DNA from: Macrostomum lignano
Taxonomy: Eukaryota
Assembly (NCBI GenBank): GCA_002269645.1
Contig: NIVC01000061.1
Location: 806,001 to 870,000 of the forward strand
DNA length: 64,000 bases
Reading direction: 5' to 3'
Of the stretch, positions 22,084 to 64,000 are shown piece by piece. Below the pieces are notes generated by a model. That model ran no database searches, was not told the DNA's origin, and saw only the letters and a list, made by a program, of their open reading frames with translations. The translations under genes were made by a program, and so were the position numbers. The stretch's first letter is position 1. The number at the start of each line of letters is the position of its first letter.

Positions 22084-22904
22084 TGATTTCGACCATAGAC
22101 AAAAAATAAATTTCTCACGAAGATACAGTCACGAAGCAGCCAGTCAGTCAGTGGTGGCAAAACGTAAAAGTCGCTTTTTCTTCGAACTAGAATCAATAAT
22201 ACAATATGGAAGGCTTAAAAGACTTCAATTTTTGACGCTCTTTTTGCTGCTTTCGGAGTTGAGTCGACAACTCGAGTTTCTGCTGAGTCCCTGGACGAAG
22301 CTGCTCTAAAAAAACAATCGACGAAAGTTTGCCTGCCACTAACGGAAAAATAAACTAAAGGAAAAATGGGCAATGAAGTTGTTCAATCTATGGAAAGAGA
22401 CGCGCGTCAATCGTCAATTGGCAGGCGAAGCATCGGGACTCATGGTTCTCAAGCCAACCGAGGATCTCACGAAATCCGACCAGAATCATTTGCTCCAGTA
22501 TTTTGTGTTCGAAGTTCGTAAAGAGAGCTGTGAAAAGTTTCCACTTGGCACCCTCAAAGATCCTCATGATCCAACACCACTTTGTTTACGGACTTAAACG
22601 GACTCTTTCCATCTGGACTGACGCCGAGTTCGATGAAACGCGACGTGCGCTAGATGCTGCCATGCGAGAGATCAAACAAGTTGAGTACGCTAAGTTTTGT
22701 TGCTATGTCAGTTGTGTTTATTGCTGAATATACTTTTGTCTTGTTCACTTCAATGTTTCATATAATGCTCCTGATTTTGATGAGATTATATGATATAATA
22801 TCCTAGTTTTTGTCAAATAATCTCACCAAAATTACCACGGCTCAAAATAGTACATTTTGAACTCAGATTCAGATTCAGGTTGCTTTACATCTATGGTCGA
22901 ATCA
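22084..22904 (+). mobile_element. Crypton-like (tyrosine-recombinase transposon, DUF3504-associated N-terminal region) fragment bounded by a short imperfect inverted repeat
   Basis: Frameshifted SLDEAAL..IDESLP...KWAMKLFNLWKE...LLQYFVFEVRKESCEKFPLGTLK/ILMIQHHF...IWTDAEFDETRRALDAAMREIK resembles the KIAA1958/ZMYM/QRICH1/Crypton pattern WL..FV.EVRK.DG..YPP.SL...F.D.EF...R..LD..MK. IR TGATTTCGACCATAG (22084) vs CTATGGTCGAATCA (22891). Confidence 0.6.
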
Positions 22905-23837
22905 GCTCACTCTCCGAAAGTCGATCTGTACATTCGCGTAACATTGTGTGCTCATTTTCCTACCGAAATTTTCGTTGGCAAGTTAAATGACTTTTATTTT
23001 TACTCGTAACCCCCAGCAACCAAAGTGCAGGCGCCACTCTAGCAGCGCCGCCCTAGCAACCAAAGTGGTGTCCCCAGCAACACTGGGACACGAGGGTGGC
23101 GCCGGCCCAGCCCAAACTAAATGATCCGAATATGACAGAGGTTTCATCAACTGCATGTACTTGTTTTATTCCTTTTAATTTTGAACAAACTTAGCCTAGT
23201 AATAGTACTCAAAACTAGTACGCATGTGTGAGTTTTATAAAAAAGATCTTTTCTTATAACCTAACTTTCATTTGTATAATTCACTCTTAGTAGAACGTAT
23301 ATTTGTCTCCGCATGCACCGCTGGTGTGGAACACGGACAGCCGGGCAATTTGGATTAGCCAAAATCCCCAATTTTCCTGCATTTGAAATTCGAACTCAAA
23401 TGAAAATTTTTCTCAAGAGTAGAGATTTCTGCTTAGGCTTGCTTGTTTTTAACCTCTAACTGCAAGTGTACTCATGCATTGTGCAAGTATACAGCTGAAA
23501 TCCCCGGCACGGCAAATATGCGTGGCTGCAGCTGCACGTACATTGACTCACTTCGTCCTTTCCGCCACTCTGTTCTCACCCTCACCACCCCCCCCCCAGT
23601 GTTCTCAGCCGTGACTGCACCCGCCACCCCATTTTCTCTTTCCGCCTCTCTCCTCCCCCGACCCCCATTTGCTACCCCCCCCTCCTCGCTCATTCCACAC
23701 TCCACGCGATGTTTAAAATAGCTGACCAAAGTACGGCAGCGAATTCAACTGTTGTGAGCTGCCTACCTTCTCTCTCTGCGTTGCCGCTGCTCCTACCTTT
23801 GAGTACCGATAATCCATCATTATTGCAGCATCATATC

Positions 23838-37852
<14,015 letters not shown>

Positions 37853-37994
37853 AGGCTGCTGTATGAGAGTTGTCTGGCAATCTTCTCAGGGTTTGAGCAG
37901 GGCCAATTGACTTGAAGTTGAGCACGTGGGTAGTTTTGAGAGCTCATCGTGTATAACTGAGGGCCTATAATCTCATGGGATAGAAAATAGGACG

Positions 37995-38312
37995 TTTGGA
38001 ATCTCTTAGGATAGAAATAGGAAGCCTGGAATCTCTTAGGATAGAAATAGGAAGCCTGGAATCTCTTAGGATAGAAATAGGAAGTCTGGAATCTCTTAGG
38101 ATAGAAATAGGAAGCCTGGAATATCTTAGGATAGAAATAGGACGTCTGGAATCTCTTAGGATAGAAATAGGAAGTCTGGAATCTCTTAGGATAGAAATAG
38201 GAAGTCTGGAATCTCTTAGGATAGAAATAGGAAGTCTGGAATCTCTTAGGATAGAAATAGGAAGTCTGGAATCTCTTAGGATAGAAATAGGAAGTCTGGA
38301 ATCTCTTAGGAT
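37995..38312. repeat. 30-bp minisatellite (GGAATCTCTTAGGATAGAAATAGGAAGTCT)
   Basis: About 10 units. Confidence 0.93.
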
Positions 38313-39159
38313 AGGCTTACTGAGATCGCTTAATGAAATCTTGTTAGCTGGAATTGCAAGCCTTATATCTAAGTAGTGGAAGGCAGTAAATATTGCATAT
38401 TAAGATTCTATAAAAAGCCACTAGTCTTTGTTCGTAGACAATATATGCGTGTACTTTCTTTTCTCATTTCCCAAGCAGCTTTCTCACTTTTGGAGGGTCC
38501 ATTCATAATGTTGCAAAACCAATTCTCCACACATGCCAGATCACCTGTTCATCTGATGCTCGGATCAAATTAACAATTCAATGGAAACTCAAGTTTACCC
38601 AGATATGGTGAATGGACCTCACCTCAGCCAATTGTATTTACGTTGGATATTGTGGTGTCTTAAAATTTTCTGGATTGCCATTCTGTTCTGCTGTAGATTC
38701 ACTCTGCGCTCCTGTTGCCTGCAAGAATAAAGATAATAGAGGTATTTTGTTTTTTTGTTGCTTTTGTGCGTTTTACATTACTTGCAGGTTGTCGTTTCTA
38801 ACTTCTCTAGATTAAAATAATAGCTATACACTATACACTATACTTATTCAACGGTTTCAATGACTTCCTTGTTTCCGCATGTGAACGTACGTTGCATGCA
38901 TAGTGTACATGTATGTCCCGCGTATTTGTATATACTCGAATATTTAAAAGATTATCCAATTTGCACATTTAAGGGCAGTTTAACAGTATCTACACTAAGA
39001 AACACAGTCGTATAACTGCATGGCAACACTTCGTCCTCTGAGCTTTGGACCCGCGGCTACTCTGGCTGCATCCCAGCACTCAAAAAGATTTATGCACGTT
39101 ATAATATTGTAAAGGAAATTACAACAAGCATCGGGGGCCATGCAGCAGTCCGGGATCGC

Positions 39160-39212
39160 AAAGGCGCGCGGCAGCCCCGCGGGCCGGGGTTGCGGGGGCC
39201 GCCGGCATCTAG
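39160..39212 (+). mobile_element. Possible Helitron 3' terminus (GC hairpin then CTAG|T)
   Basis: GCGGCAGCCCCGC...GCGGGGGCCGC hairpin followed by CGGCAT CTAG T; 5' end not found. Confidence 0.35.
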
Positions 39213-39765
39213 TGGTAATAAATTCATCCCCAATTTCTGGCAGTTATTGCCTAGCCACAGTCCCTTAATACATTTATTTTGGCGCTAAAGTGTCAAGATA
39301 AGGTACTTTTGGCTAGCCTTTTGCTACCTCGTCTCAGCTAGTTGAGCTAATCTCTAAAATATTGCATGACTTAATTAAATTTTCCTTTTTTTCTTTTTCT
39401 GTCAGCAGGTTGACAAACTTGCTTGTGGGATAGAAGTTGAATAAAGTCATATTTCTTTGTTTTACTTTACAAGTTATAACGACAATCGTAAAAGTGAGTC
39501 ATCCCGCTATTTACAGCAAATTCAAAACTGCATAATTTGACGTAAACAACTTTTTACTGATCTGCCGCTTTGCGAATGAAATTCATTAGATCTGCCTTTT
39601 ACCCCTCAATTGTTGAACGACTAATACCGACACATCGTAAACGAAAAAAATAAATTAAATTCTGCAAATGTGAAGCTTTCCTCTTCCCCTGTCTTGTTTA
39701 CTTTATCCGTTTAAAATAGACCAATTTTAAGAAGGGCTTAGTAGCCTATTGAGATTTGCACATTT

Positions 39766-56477
<16,712 letters not shown>

Positions 56478-56780
56478 TTGGCGTTGGAGTCCGGCGCTGC
56501 TGTGTCGCAATGAATTCTGATCGAAAGAAATGCTGTTTGTTTTTTATTGTTTTATTGACAGGTGTTTTTTGTTCTTTTTCCCGTCGTTGTTAAATTCATA
56601 TTGGCTGTCTCTGTAATTTAATAAGCTGGTGTTTACCTTCATAATTGGCAACTTGATCTTATTATTTGAATCCCGATTAACAAATTGAGCTTTTAGCCTG
56701 GAATTGAATCCCGGAGAATCTTCCTTAATTAATAGTCCTTAAAAAAATTCCCTATATGTAAACACTGAATCCCCATACGT

Positions 56781-56936
56781 GCGCAACCTTGGGAATCGCC
56801 CGGCCGTTTCTATTGGCAACACAGACATGTGAGTCGCTATTGGCTGAGAGCAGTCACGTGACTACTATTCCATCCAATAGCGACTTACATGTGTGTGTTG
56901 CCAATAGAGGCGGCCGGGTGGTTCCCAAGGTTGCGC
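56781..56936. repeat. 156-bp near-perfect palindrome (MITE-like) centred on GTCACGTGAC
   Basis: The outer 63 positions pair as 57 Watson-Crick, 5 G-T and 1 mismatch. Confidence 0.9.
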
Positions 56937-59900
56937 CCAAGCATGTAAATCCCTCATGTAAACACGATGAAATCGTCCCTTATAAACACACCATCCCACA
57001 TACGCTTATCCACGATACAACAAGTCCAATATTCGAATTTCTTAGTCCCTCATCAGCCCCCCAGAGACAGTCTTTCTCACCTATTATAGATTCAACTAAG
57101 GCGTCCCAGCATCTCCTGTCAGAGACGGGATGCATCGCCGCTCCTGAATGCTGAACTGAAAAAGTCGTGCACTGCACTGCACTGCAAATCGTTTGCACCT
57201 GCACTGTTGATTCGGTTGGAAGTGCTCTCAAAATTAATTTAATTATCATTATCTAATGATGATGCTTCGCTTGTCGCTTTTACTAGACTAAAGCTAAGCC
57301 TCGAGATCGTCGAGACTTTGCCTACAGCTCCCCTGTGTCGGACGATAATTGTCTATTATCTAATGCCTACTTATTTATATTACGCTTTGTAGAGGTTCGT
57401 AGCTCTTTAATTATAATTCCCCCCGTTTTCATTTTTATTTCTGTTGTCGCTTTGTGTACTTTTGTTTATACTACTGCTAGTAGGCAGATGCACTTTATTA
57501 TAATAGCCCCTCGTTTTTCTTGCATATTTATAATGGAATTTGCGCTAATAATCAAGTTGTAACTGTTGCTATTTAATATCATTAGAGACTTTTGCCGGAC
57601 ACGCTTGATTCAGTGTGCTTATCGGTGTGTTAATCCCCTTACCTGCCCAATTCCCCCTGTTGCATGCCGGCCTGATTTAACTTACATTATATTCGGCTGC
57701 TTTGCTTTAATTTTGTGTTTTTTTATGTTTCATCACTTTTCCAAACATTTGCTTTGTCAGCTCTCTATTTAATTTTTTATCTAAACCAATAATTCGGGTT
57801 TTTATTTGCCTACCTTTACTGCACTTACTTATTCTTGCACGCTTAACCCCCTATCAGCTTTGAAGTGTTGTTTCGTAATTTAGTCATCATTTGATTTATA
57901 ATATAAACCTATAAATATATATATATAATCACAGAGGTGTGTGCACGCCTTCATTCAAGTTTCAGGCATATTATATTTTCCGCATATTAACCTGTGAATA
58001 GTGTTTAACTAGTATTTTTATTTTGTTTCAGCGTGCATTAGCTGAAGTTGTTGGCTCCGGATTGCTACTCGTAGAATGATCTGATTGTATGACTTTTTTA
58101 TTATAGCTTTATCTTGACACTAGACCAACCAACATTCGCACTTAAAGATTAAAGGAGTGCAAAACTGATGACTCAACGAATGCATTATCAGTGGTCTCAA
58201 AACTCTAATGTCAAGATTATTTCAACAACTCTAAACTGTTAACTCTGAAAGGATTTTAATTCGTGACTCTATCAGGTTATACTTTATAGTATTCCTATGA
58301 ATAGTGATTATTAATTGTAAGATACAAGAGGACCCTTGAAGTTATTCTTGCTTAAGTTACACACTACTGGACAATAATCTCGTCAAATTCGTTAATTTAA
58401 ATCGGATGCAACATACAAACAAATTCAATTCAGTTTTAAATTTGCTTTTTCCTCCAGAAATTTTAAAATAGTAACGTACTAATTTAAAACCTATGCAAAA
58501 TCTGAAAATGGCCCCATAAGAAAAACTATGATGCTGTTATTGTCGTTTCTAATGCTCGCTTCAATCAGTTAAAATATCGTGTGAATTAAACTACTAAATC
58601 ATTGGCGTAAGAACATGAACTCCCATATTTATGTGGAAGGCCAATATCTTTACTGAATAAATGCATACTGGAAACTTTTAATTTTGCTTCGACTTTTCAA
58701 AGAATCAAAGGTTCCTATGCGGTAGGCCTACGCCCATGAAAGTTCTGGTTCTGGCTCCTGGAAGTGGAATATAAAGTAACAAAGATCTATCTTTTTCTTT
58801 TCATTATAAGCACCATTTGTCCATTTGAAGAGTTAGCAAGCCAAATTCTTGCTATTTATTTACTTACAAAAATAGATCTATTCGCTTCCTACCAAAGTGG
58901 AGTCATCAGTTGTGGAAATCATGCAAAGCATACACTAGAAATTATAATAAGAATGTCAATAAGAATTTTAAACCAATATAGGGCCTATATGCAGCAATTC
59001 TAAGCTTCCAGCTTCCTGTGAATTTTTACAGTAGCTAGGCATAGCCAATATTTTATGCTGATTGGCCAACTTTATACAAATTTTCAATTGCCAACCCAAA
59101 TGTATGCCAGAAATTTCTGACATGAAATTTAGTTTCCCCTAAAATCTAGGAGAATCTAAAAATAAAATTGTCTGGGGATCATTTTAGATCCCTAGCTAGA
59201 ATAGATTTCCTATAGTATATTATTATTATTAATATTATAAATATTACTATTAATATTATAAAGATTAATTATTATATATTATAATACACTACTTTATAGT
59301 TATATTATTGTCTATAAAAAAGACATTATTATGTTACAATCTAGTATAGATATATGCAACCTCTAAAGTTTCACCAGCTAAGCCCCCTATGCAACTTAGT
59401 TTTGAATAAAAATTAGAGAACTTAACCCAAAAAATTCATTTGTTTATCATCAATTTTTTTTTAAAAAGTGAAGAATAAGTTTCATCTTGAATATAAAACT
59501 TTATAAGGCAATTTTCTAAAAGGTCAAGGCTCATAGGAAATTTCTGAGATATCAAATTATCATACTCAAGGCTTAAGTTATGGGAAGAATTACTAAGATA
59601 TTAAAGCTTGGTAATGGCTACAGTTCCAGCACTAGAACCTGTTTTCTAATGGCTATGGTATGGATCTAGCAGTCTTCTATAGGCAATTATCTACTAATGA
59701 AGTCTTTGAACATTAGAAGTATATTGTTTTGAATCTTATTGTTTTATTTTGATCTTATCTTGAACAAAATCTCAATATCAACCACCTATTAAAAAGTAAG
59801 ATGTTTCTGCTATATGATAACCATTAATTGCTTTATTGGAATATCATTGCCAGATTCATAGCCATTAGAAAATGGGTTCCAATGTTGGAACTCTAGCCAT

Positions 59901-60274
59901 TGCCTTAAAGCTTATTAGGGGAATTGCTAAGATGTCATTGTCAAGGCTTATCAAGGAAATTGCTAAAATGTCATAGCTTATTGGGATAGCTTATTATTTA
60001 TTTACAAATAAATATTTACAACCTAAGTTGAAAATACCTAGAGTAATGCAGTGATTAGTAAAAATGATAATCATTTTTATTCTAATTATAATGGGTTCAT
60101 CTGGCATAGACTAACTAGGGAAATAACCTATCTTTTTTGGCTGCTCAATGTAAACATTGTCCAACATTCAACAACCCACTGCTTGGTCCACTGCTTAGTT
60201 TATTTAATACCAAGTTACCTTGGTTGCCAATCAGATCATCAAGTGTCAGCTACTAACAGTAGTTTAGGCCGATC

Positions 60275-60910
60275 ATGCCAAAGTTTTATCACTCGCGCAG
60301 CAGTAGCAGCAGCTCCTCAGACATGGAGCACTACGCCATGGCTGCAGCGATGGGTGGCGGCGGCGCTGCATTTATGGGTCATAAGGCGGCGAAGAAGATG
60401 GCCAAACACCAGAAGAAGGCGATGAAAAAGGCGCACAAGCACGGCTACGTGGCCGGCTACGGCGCCCCCATCCCGCCGCCAATGGCTATGATGGGTGGCA
60501 AGCATCACGGTGGCAAGGCCGCCATGTACGGCATGATGGCCACCGAGGCTGCGCACTCCAGCCACCAGCCAGCCGGCTATCAGATGTCTCGGGGTCCGCC
60601 GCCGCCTCCTGGCAGTTATCCGACCCAGCAGCAGCCGCAGCCGCCTCCCCCTGGCCCGGGTTCGTCTTATTATCCTCAGCAGCCGCAGCAGTATCCGCCA
60701 CAGCCTGTCGGCCCGTATCCCGGCCCCGGTGGAGCTCCCTACCCTGCTGGCGGTGGTCCTGGCGGGATGCCCCCTGCTGGGCCGCCATACGGTCAACCGG
60801 GCGGGCCGCCGTATGGCCAGCCAGGCGCGACGCCGTATGGAGGCCCCGGCGGAATGCCGCAGCCACCGCCACCAGGAGCCGGCGGTCCGGGCTATCCGGG
60901 CGGTTATTAA
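60275..60910 (+). CDS. Single-exon 211-aa low-complexity Gly/Pro/Tyr/Gln-rich protein with a His/Lys-rich basic segment
   Basis: GC-rich 636-nt ORF with ATG and TAA inside AT-rich DNA and GC3-rich codons like the other exons; a branch-point/acceptor-like TACTAACAG lies 16 nt upstream. No folded domain recognised. Confidence 0.8.
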   Translation: MPKFYHSRSSSSSSSDMEHYAMAAAMGGGGAAFMGHKAAKKMAKHQKKAMKKAHKHGYVAGYGAPIPPPMAMMGGKHHGGKAAMYGMMATEAAHSSHQPAGYQMSRGPPPPPGSYPTQQQPQPPPPGPGSSYYPQQPQQYPPQPVGPYPGPGGAPYPAGGGPGGMPPAGPPYGQPGGPPYGQPGATPYGGPGGMPQPPPPGAGGPGYPGGY

Positions 60911-62732
60911 TCTGATAATTTTTTTAATGAAAATGCAGTTTGCTTTTATTGTTGTATATTTAATTAGATTCTTCTATTGTTAAGTAATCGTTAATACGTT
61001 AGAAAAAAATTCCTAACTACAGAAGGTAAAATAATTAACTTTAATACTGTATTACTGTAGTATTACTGTAGTATTTGCTTATTCAATTTTGGAATTCTAC
61101 CAACCACGTAAGCCAGAAGCACGTGACTTGACAGTCTGTTATTTGTCTTAAGACTACAAATGTACATTTGTGAGGTTGTGGATAGTTTGCTTTTAAGTAC
61201 ATAGCAGCCTCGCCCCCCTACCAGGGGCGTGAAGATCGGCCATAAAAAATCAGACCTTTTTAATTACTCTTACCCAGTCTGGCTGGCTCGTGCAATGTAC
61301 AATTATTTAGCCCCCGACGGAAAATGTACATTGCATGCAGCTCAATCAGGGGACGAGAGGCGGCGATAAACTTTTTTCAAGTGCCGTGCTAACGAGAAGA
61401 ATGAACCTTGTGGGGTGCGAAAACTCTTAAATAGGGCAAGCGAGAAAAAGTAAACAACCCACTAAAGTCTAGCCGGCAATAATACTCGTAGCAGCTTAAA
61501 TCCTGTTGGTTTACGGCTAACCCAAAATTCCTAAACCTTACCTAAAGCTATTTAAACCAACCAACCCTAAGCCTTAACCGCCGGCAGTCGAATCGTCGTG
61601 CCCCCAGCCTGTGAGAGTATTTGACAATTAATGTTTATTAATATTATTACCAATTAGACTATTAGAGTACCTGAATGGTCCAAAGAGTGGTCGCTTTATA
61701 AGAGTGATAATTTTTTCCTTATTTAAGCTACTTATATGTCCTTAATGTAGATAACGATATTTTTCATCGCAATAAATAATTTCCTTTGTTTGGTGTAGGG
61801 CCTGGGCCCATTATCAAATCAATGTTATAAATCTGTGACACAATGTCTTCTATCTATAGTATATACCATTATACAGAAAAATAAAGCTGCATTGTTTTAT
61901 TATCTACAATACGTAGTGTGCAGTTTTACGTTTCTGACGATATATTTATTGCTTAATTTGTTTTATTGTTAAAGATCTTTCTTGTTTCTAAACGGTTTTT
62001 AGTGCTATAAATAAGTTTTCTGACGCAAACAATCCGAATCTCTTTAAAATCGCAATTTATCTCTATTGGGTATCATTCTCTAACCTAATAACTTACCCAC
62101 ATGGCTTACTTACCATAATAAGCAGTTTCTCAAGAATTATAAATTTGACCCTTGTCTTATTTTTCGGCAGTAAATGTTTATCATTTCTACTGAAAGTAGT
62201 CTGTTGCGAAATTGCGAAAGTCATTGTGAAAATCACCAAAAAGTTTTTTACTCGTATCGTATGAGTAAACTTGTACTTTTTTGGAATTAGCGGATTTGCT
62301 GCATCTGGGTTTAGTCGTGTTGTGAGCAACTCCTTGGCATGACGAAGGTTTCGGCTTTATCAAGCCGGGAAGGGGGGTGGCAACGCAGTCTGATTAAATT
62401 TCAAAAATTATTTCCGAATCATTTGGTCTTCTAGAAGCAGTCATTGCTTTAATCTGAGAGAGGAAGCGGTGCGTATTTTCTGCAAGGTCGCTTCGTGTTA
62501 ATCCTAATTAGAGAGGGAGGGGGAGCAGGGGAGTTTTACTCGCGTGGTTTTCCCCGTCTAATCTGATCTGCTCCGTGGGGAAATTTCTTGTTTCGAAGTC
62601 AGATTTCATTTAATTTGTAACTGCGTTGAATTCTATCAATTATTATCTATTTGACACCAAAAGTCCTCGCATAATAGTTGAGATAGCCTGTAGAGAGTGG
62701 CTGCATCAGCTTGTTGAATAATATTTTTTAAT

Positions 62733-63412
62733 GGGAGCACGAGAAATGCCCGCAGACGAATTGCCCGCCGAGATTTGCCCGCAGGAGATTTGCCCGTGGA
62801 GATTTGCCCGCCGAGCTTTTCCCGCGGAGATTTGCCCGCAGTGCATTTTGCCCGTGAGCGAATTGCCCGTGGAGATTTGCCCGCCGAGAATTGCCCGCCG
62901 AGATTTGCCCGCAGTGCAATTTGCCCGCGAGCGAGTTGCCCGCCGAGTTTTTTCCCGCCGAGGTTTGCCCGCAATGCTTTTTTCCCGCAGCGCATTTGGC
63001 AGCTAGATTCTGTCTGCATTGCCCCCCCCCAAAAAAAATATGCATTTGATATGCAGTTACTATCAAAACGTTTTGATCATGTAAATCTCTTTATTGAGAT
63101 TTACTAAGCATTGGGAAGGCAATGCAGACAAAATCTGCCGCGTGGCTAAATGCGCTGCAGGAAAAAAGCATTGCGGGCAAACCTCGGCGGGAAAAAACTC
63201 GGCGGGCAACTCGCTCGCGGGCAAATTGCACTGCGGGCAAATCTCGGCGAGCAATTCTCGGCGGGCAAATCTCCACGGGCAATTCGCTCACGGGCAAAAT
63301 GCACTGCGGGCAAATCTCCGCGGGAAAAGCTCGGCGGGCAAATCTCCACGGGCAAATCTCCTGCGGGCAAATCTCGGCGGGCAATTTGTCTGCGGGCAAT
63401 TCTCATGGACCC
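62733..63412. mobile_element. Foldback (Mutator/MULE-type) non-autonomous element with about 290-bp internally repetitive TIRs and a 9-bp TSD
   Basis: Arms 62733-63023 and 63118-63412 are inverse copies built of ATTTGCCCGCCGAG-like units. Termini GGGAGCACGAGAAATG / CAATTCTCATGGACCC; flanks TTTTTTAAT and TATTTTAAT (8/9). Confidence 0.85.
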
Positions 63413-63555
63413 TATTTTAATTAAATCATCATACTTATTTTTAACTAAATTGTCTGCCCCGATCTCGGCAGTTTTTGCTAGAAACGCCATTAGTTCTGCT
63501 GTCTGCATTTTTAAACTGTTTAATTTTAGTTTGCGCGGGCTCTGCTTAGGAGGTA

Positions 63556-64000
63556 TTAGAGACGGGTTCACAGAGGGGAATATTAGAGACAGGGATCACA
63601 GAGGGGATATTAGAGACGGGGATCACAGAGGGGATATTAGAGACGGGATCACAGAGGGATATTAGAGACGGGAGTCCCAGATCAGAGGGGATGTTAGAGA
63701 CGGGAGTCCCAGAGGGGATGTTAGAGACGGGAGTCCCAGAGGGGATGTTAGAGACGGGAGTCCCAGAGGGGATTTTAGAGATGGGAGTCCCAGGATGTTA
63801 GAGACGGGAGTCCCAGAGTGGATGTTAGAGACGGGAGTCCCAGAGTGGATGTTAGAGACGGGAGTCCCAGAGGGGATGTTAGAGACGGGAGTCCCAGAGG
63901 GGATGTTAGAGACGGGAGTTCCAGAGGGGATGTTAGAGACGGGAGTCCCAGAAGGGATGTTAGAGACGGGAGTCCCAGAAGGGATGTTAGAGACGGGAGT
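63556..64000. repeat. 27-bp minisatellite (GAGACGGGAGTCCCAGAGGGGATGTTA), runs off window end
   Basis: Direct reading. Confidence 0.94.

Noticed and set aside
23709-23837. Upstream in-frame ATG extending SLC7 by 43 aa
   Set aside because: Not excluded, but unsupported; the 23838 start gives a typical CAT length, so it was preferred.

Overview
Repeat-rich eukaryotic (metazoan) genomic DNA: GC-rich exons separated by introns packed with micro-, mini- and macrosatellites. The style is reminiscent of the flatworm Macrostomum, but this is inference and not provable from the sequence. Five protein-coding genes were reconstructed by hand with GT-AG splice sites and phase checks: (1) a DEF8-like C1 + Rubicon-homology gene (minus, partial); (2) an unrecognised type-I membrane, mucin-stalk protein with a furin site (minus, 19133-14361); (3) an SLC7 cationic amino-acid transporter (plus, 23838-37852) whose 11.7-kb first intron holds a 238-bp satellite bracketed by inverted repeats; (4) a complete 10-exon O-GlcNAc transferase OGT (plus, 39766-56477); (5) a single-exon Gly/Pro/Tyr/His-rich protein (60275-60910). 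Mobile DNA: RTE-like LINE fragments (one with a 5'-inverted, twin-priming-like structure), two mariner remnants, a Crypton-like fragment, a Mutator-type foldback element and several palindromic MITE-like sequences. Top leads: OGT intron 3 sits at the position of the vertebrate O-GlcNAc-sensing detained intron and shows a distant branch point, a weak AAG acceptor and a candidate poison exon; and the inverted-repeat-bounded, satellite-carrying 10.5-kb block in the SLC7 intron. No rRNA, tRNA or CRISPR array could be supported. All coordinates and counts were read by eye and should be verified computationally.
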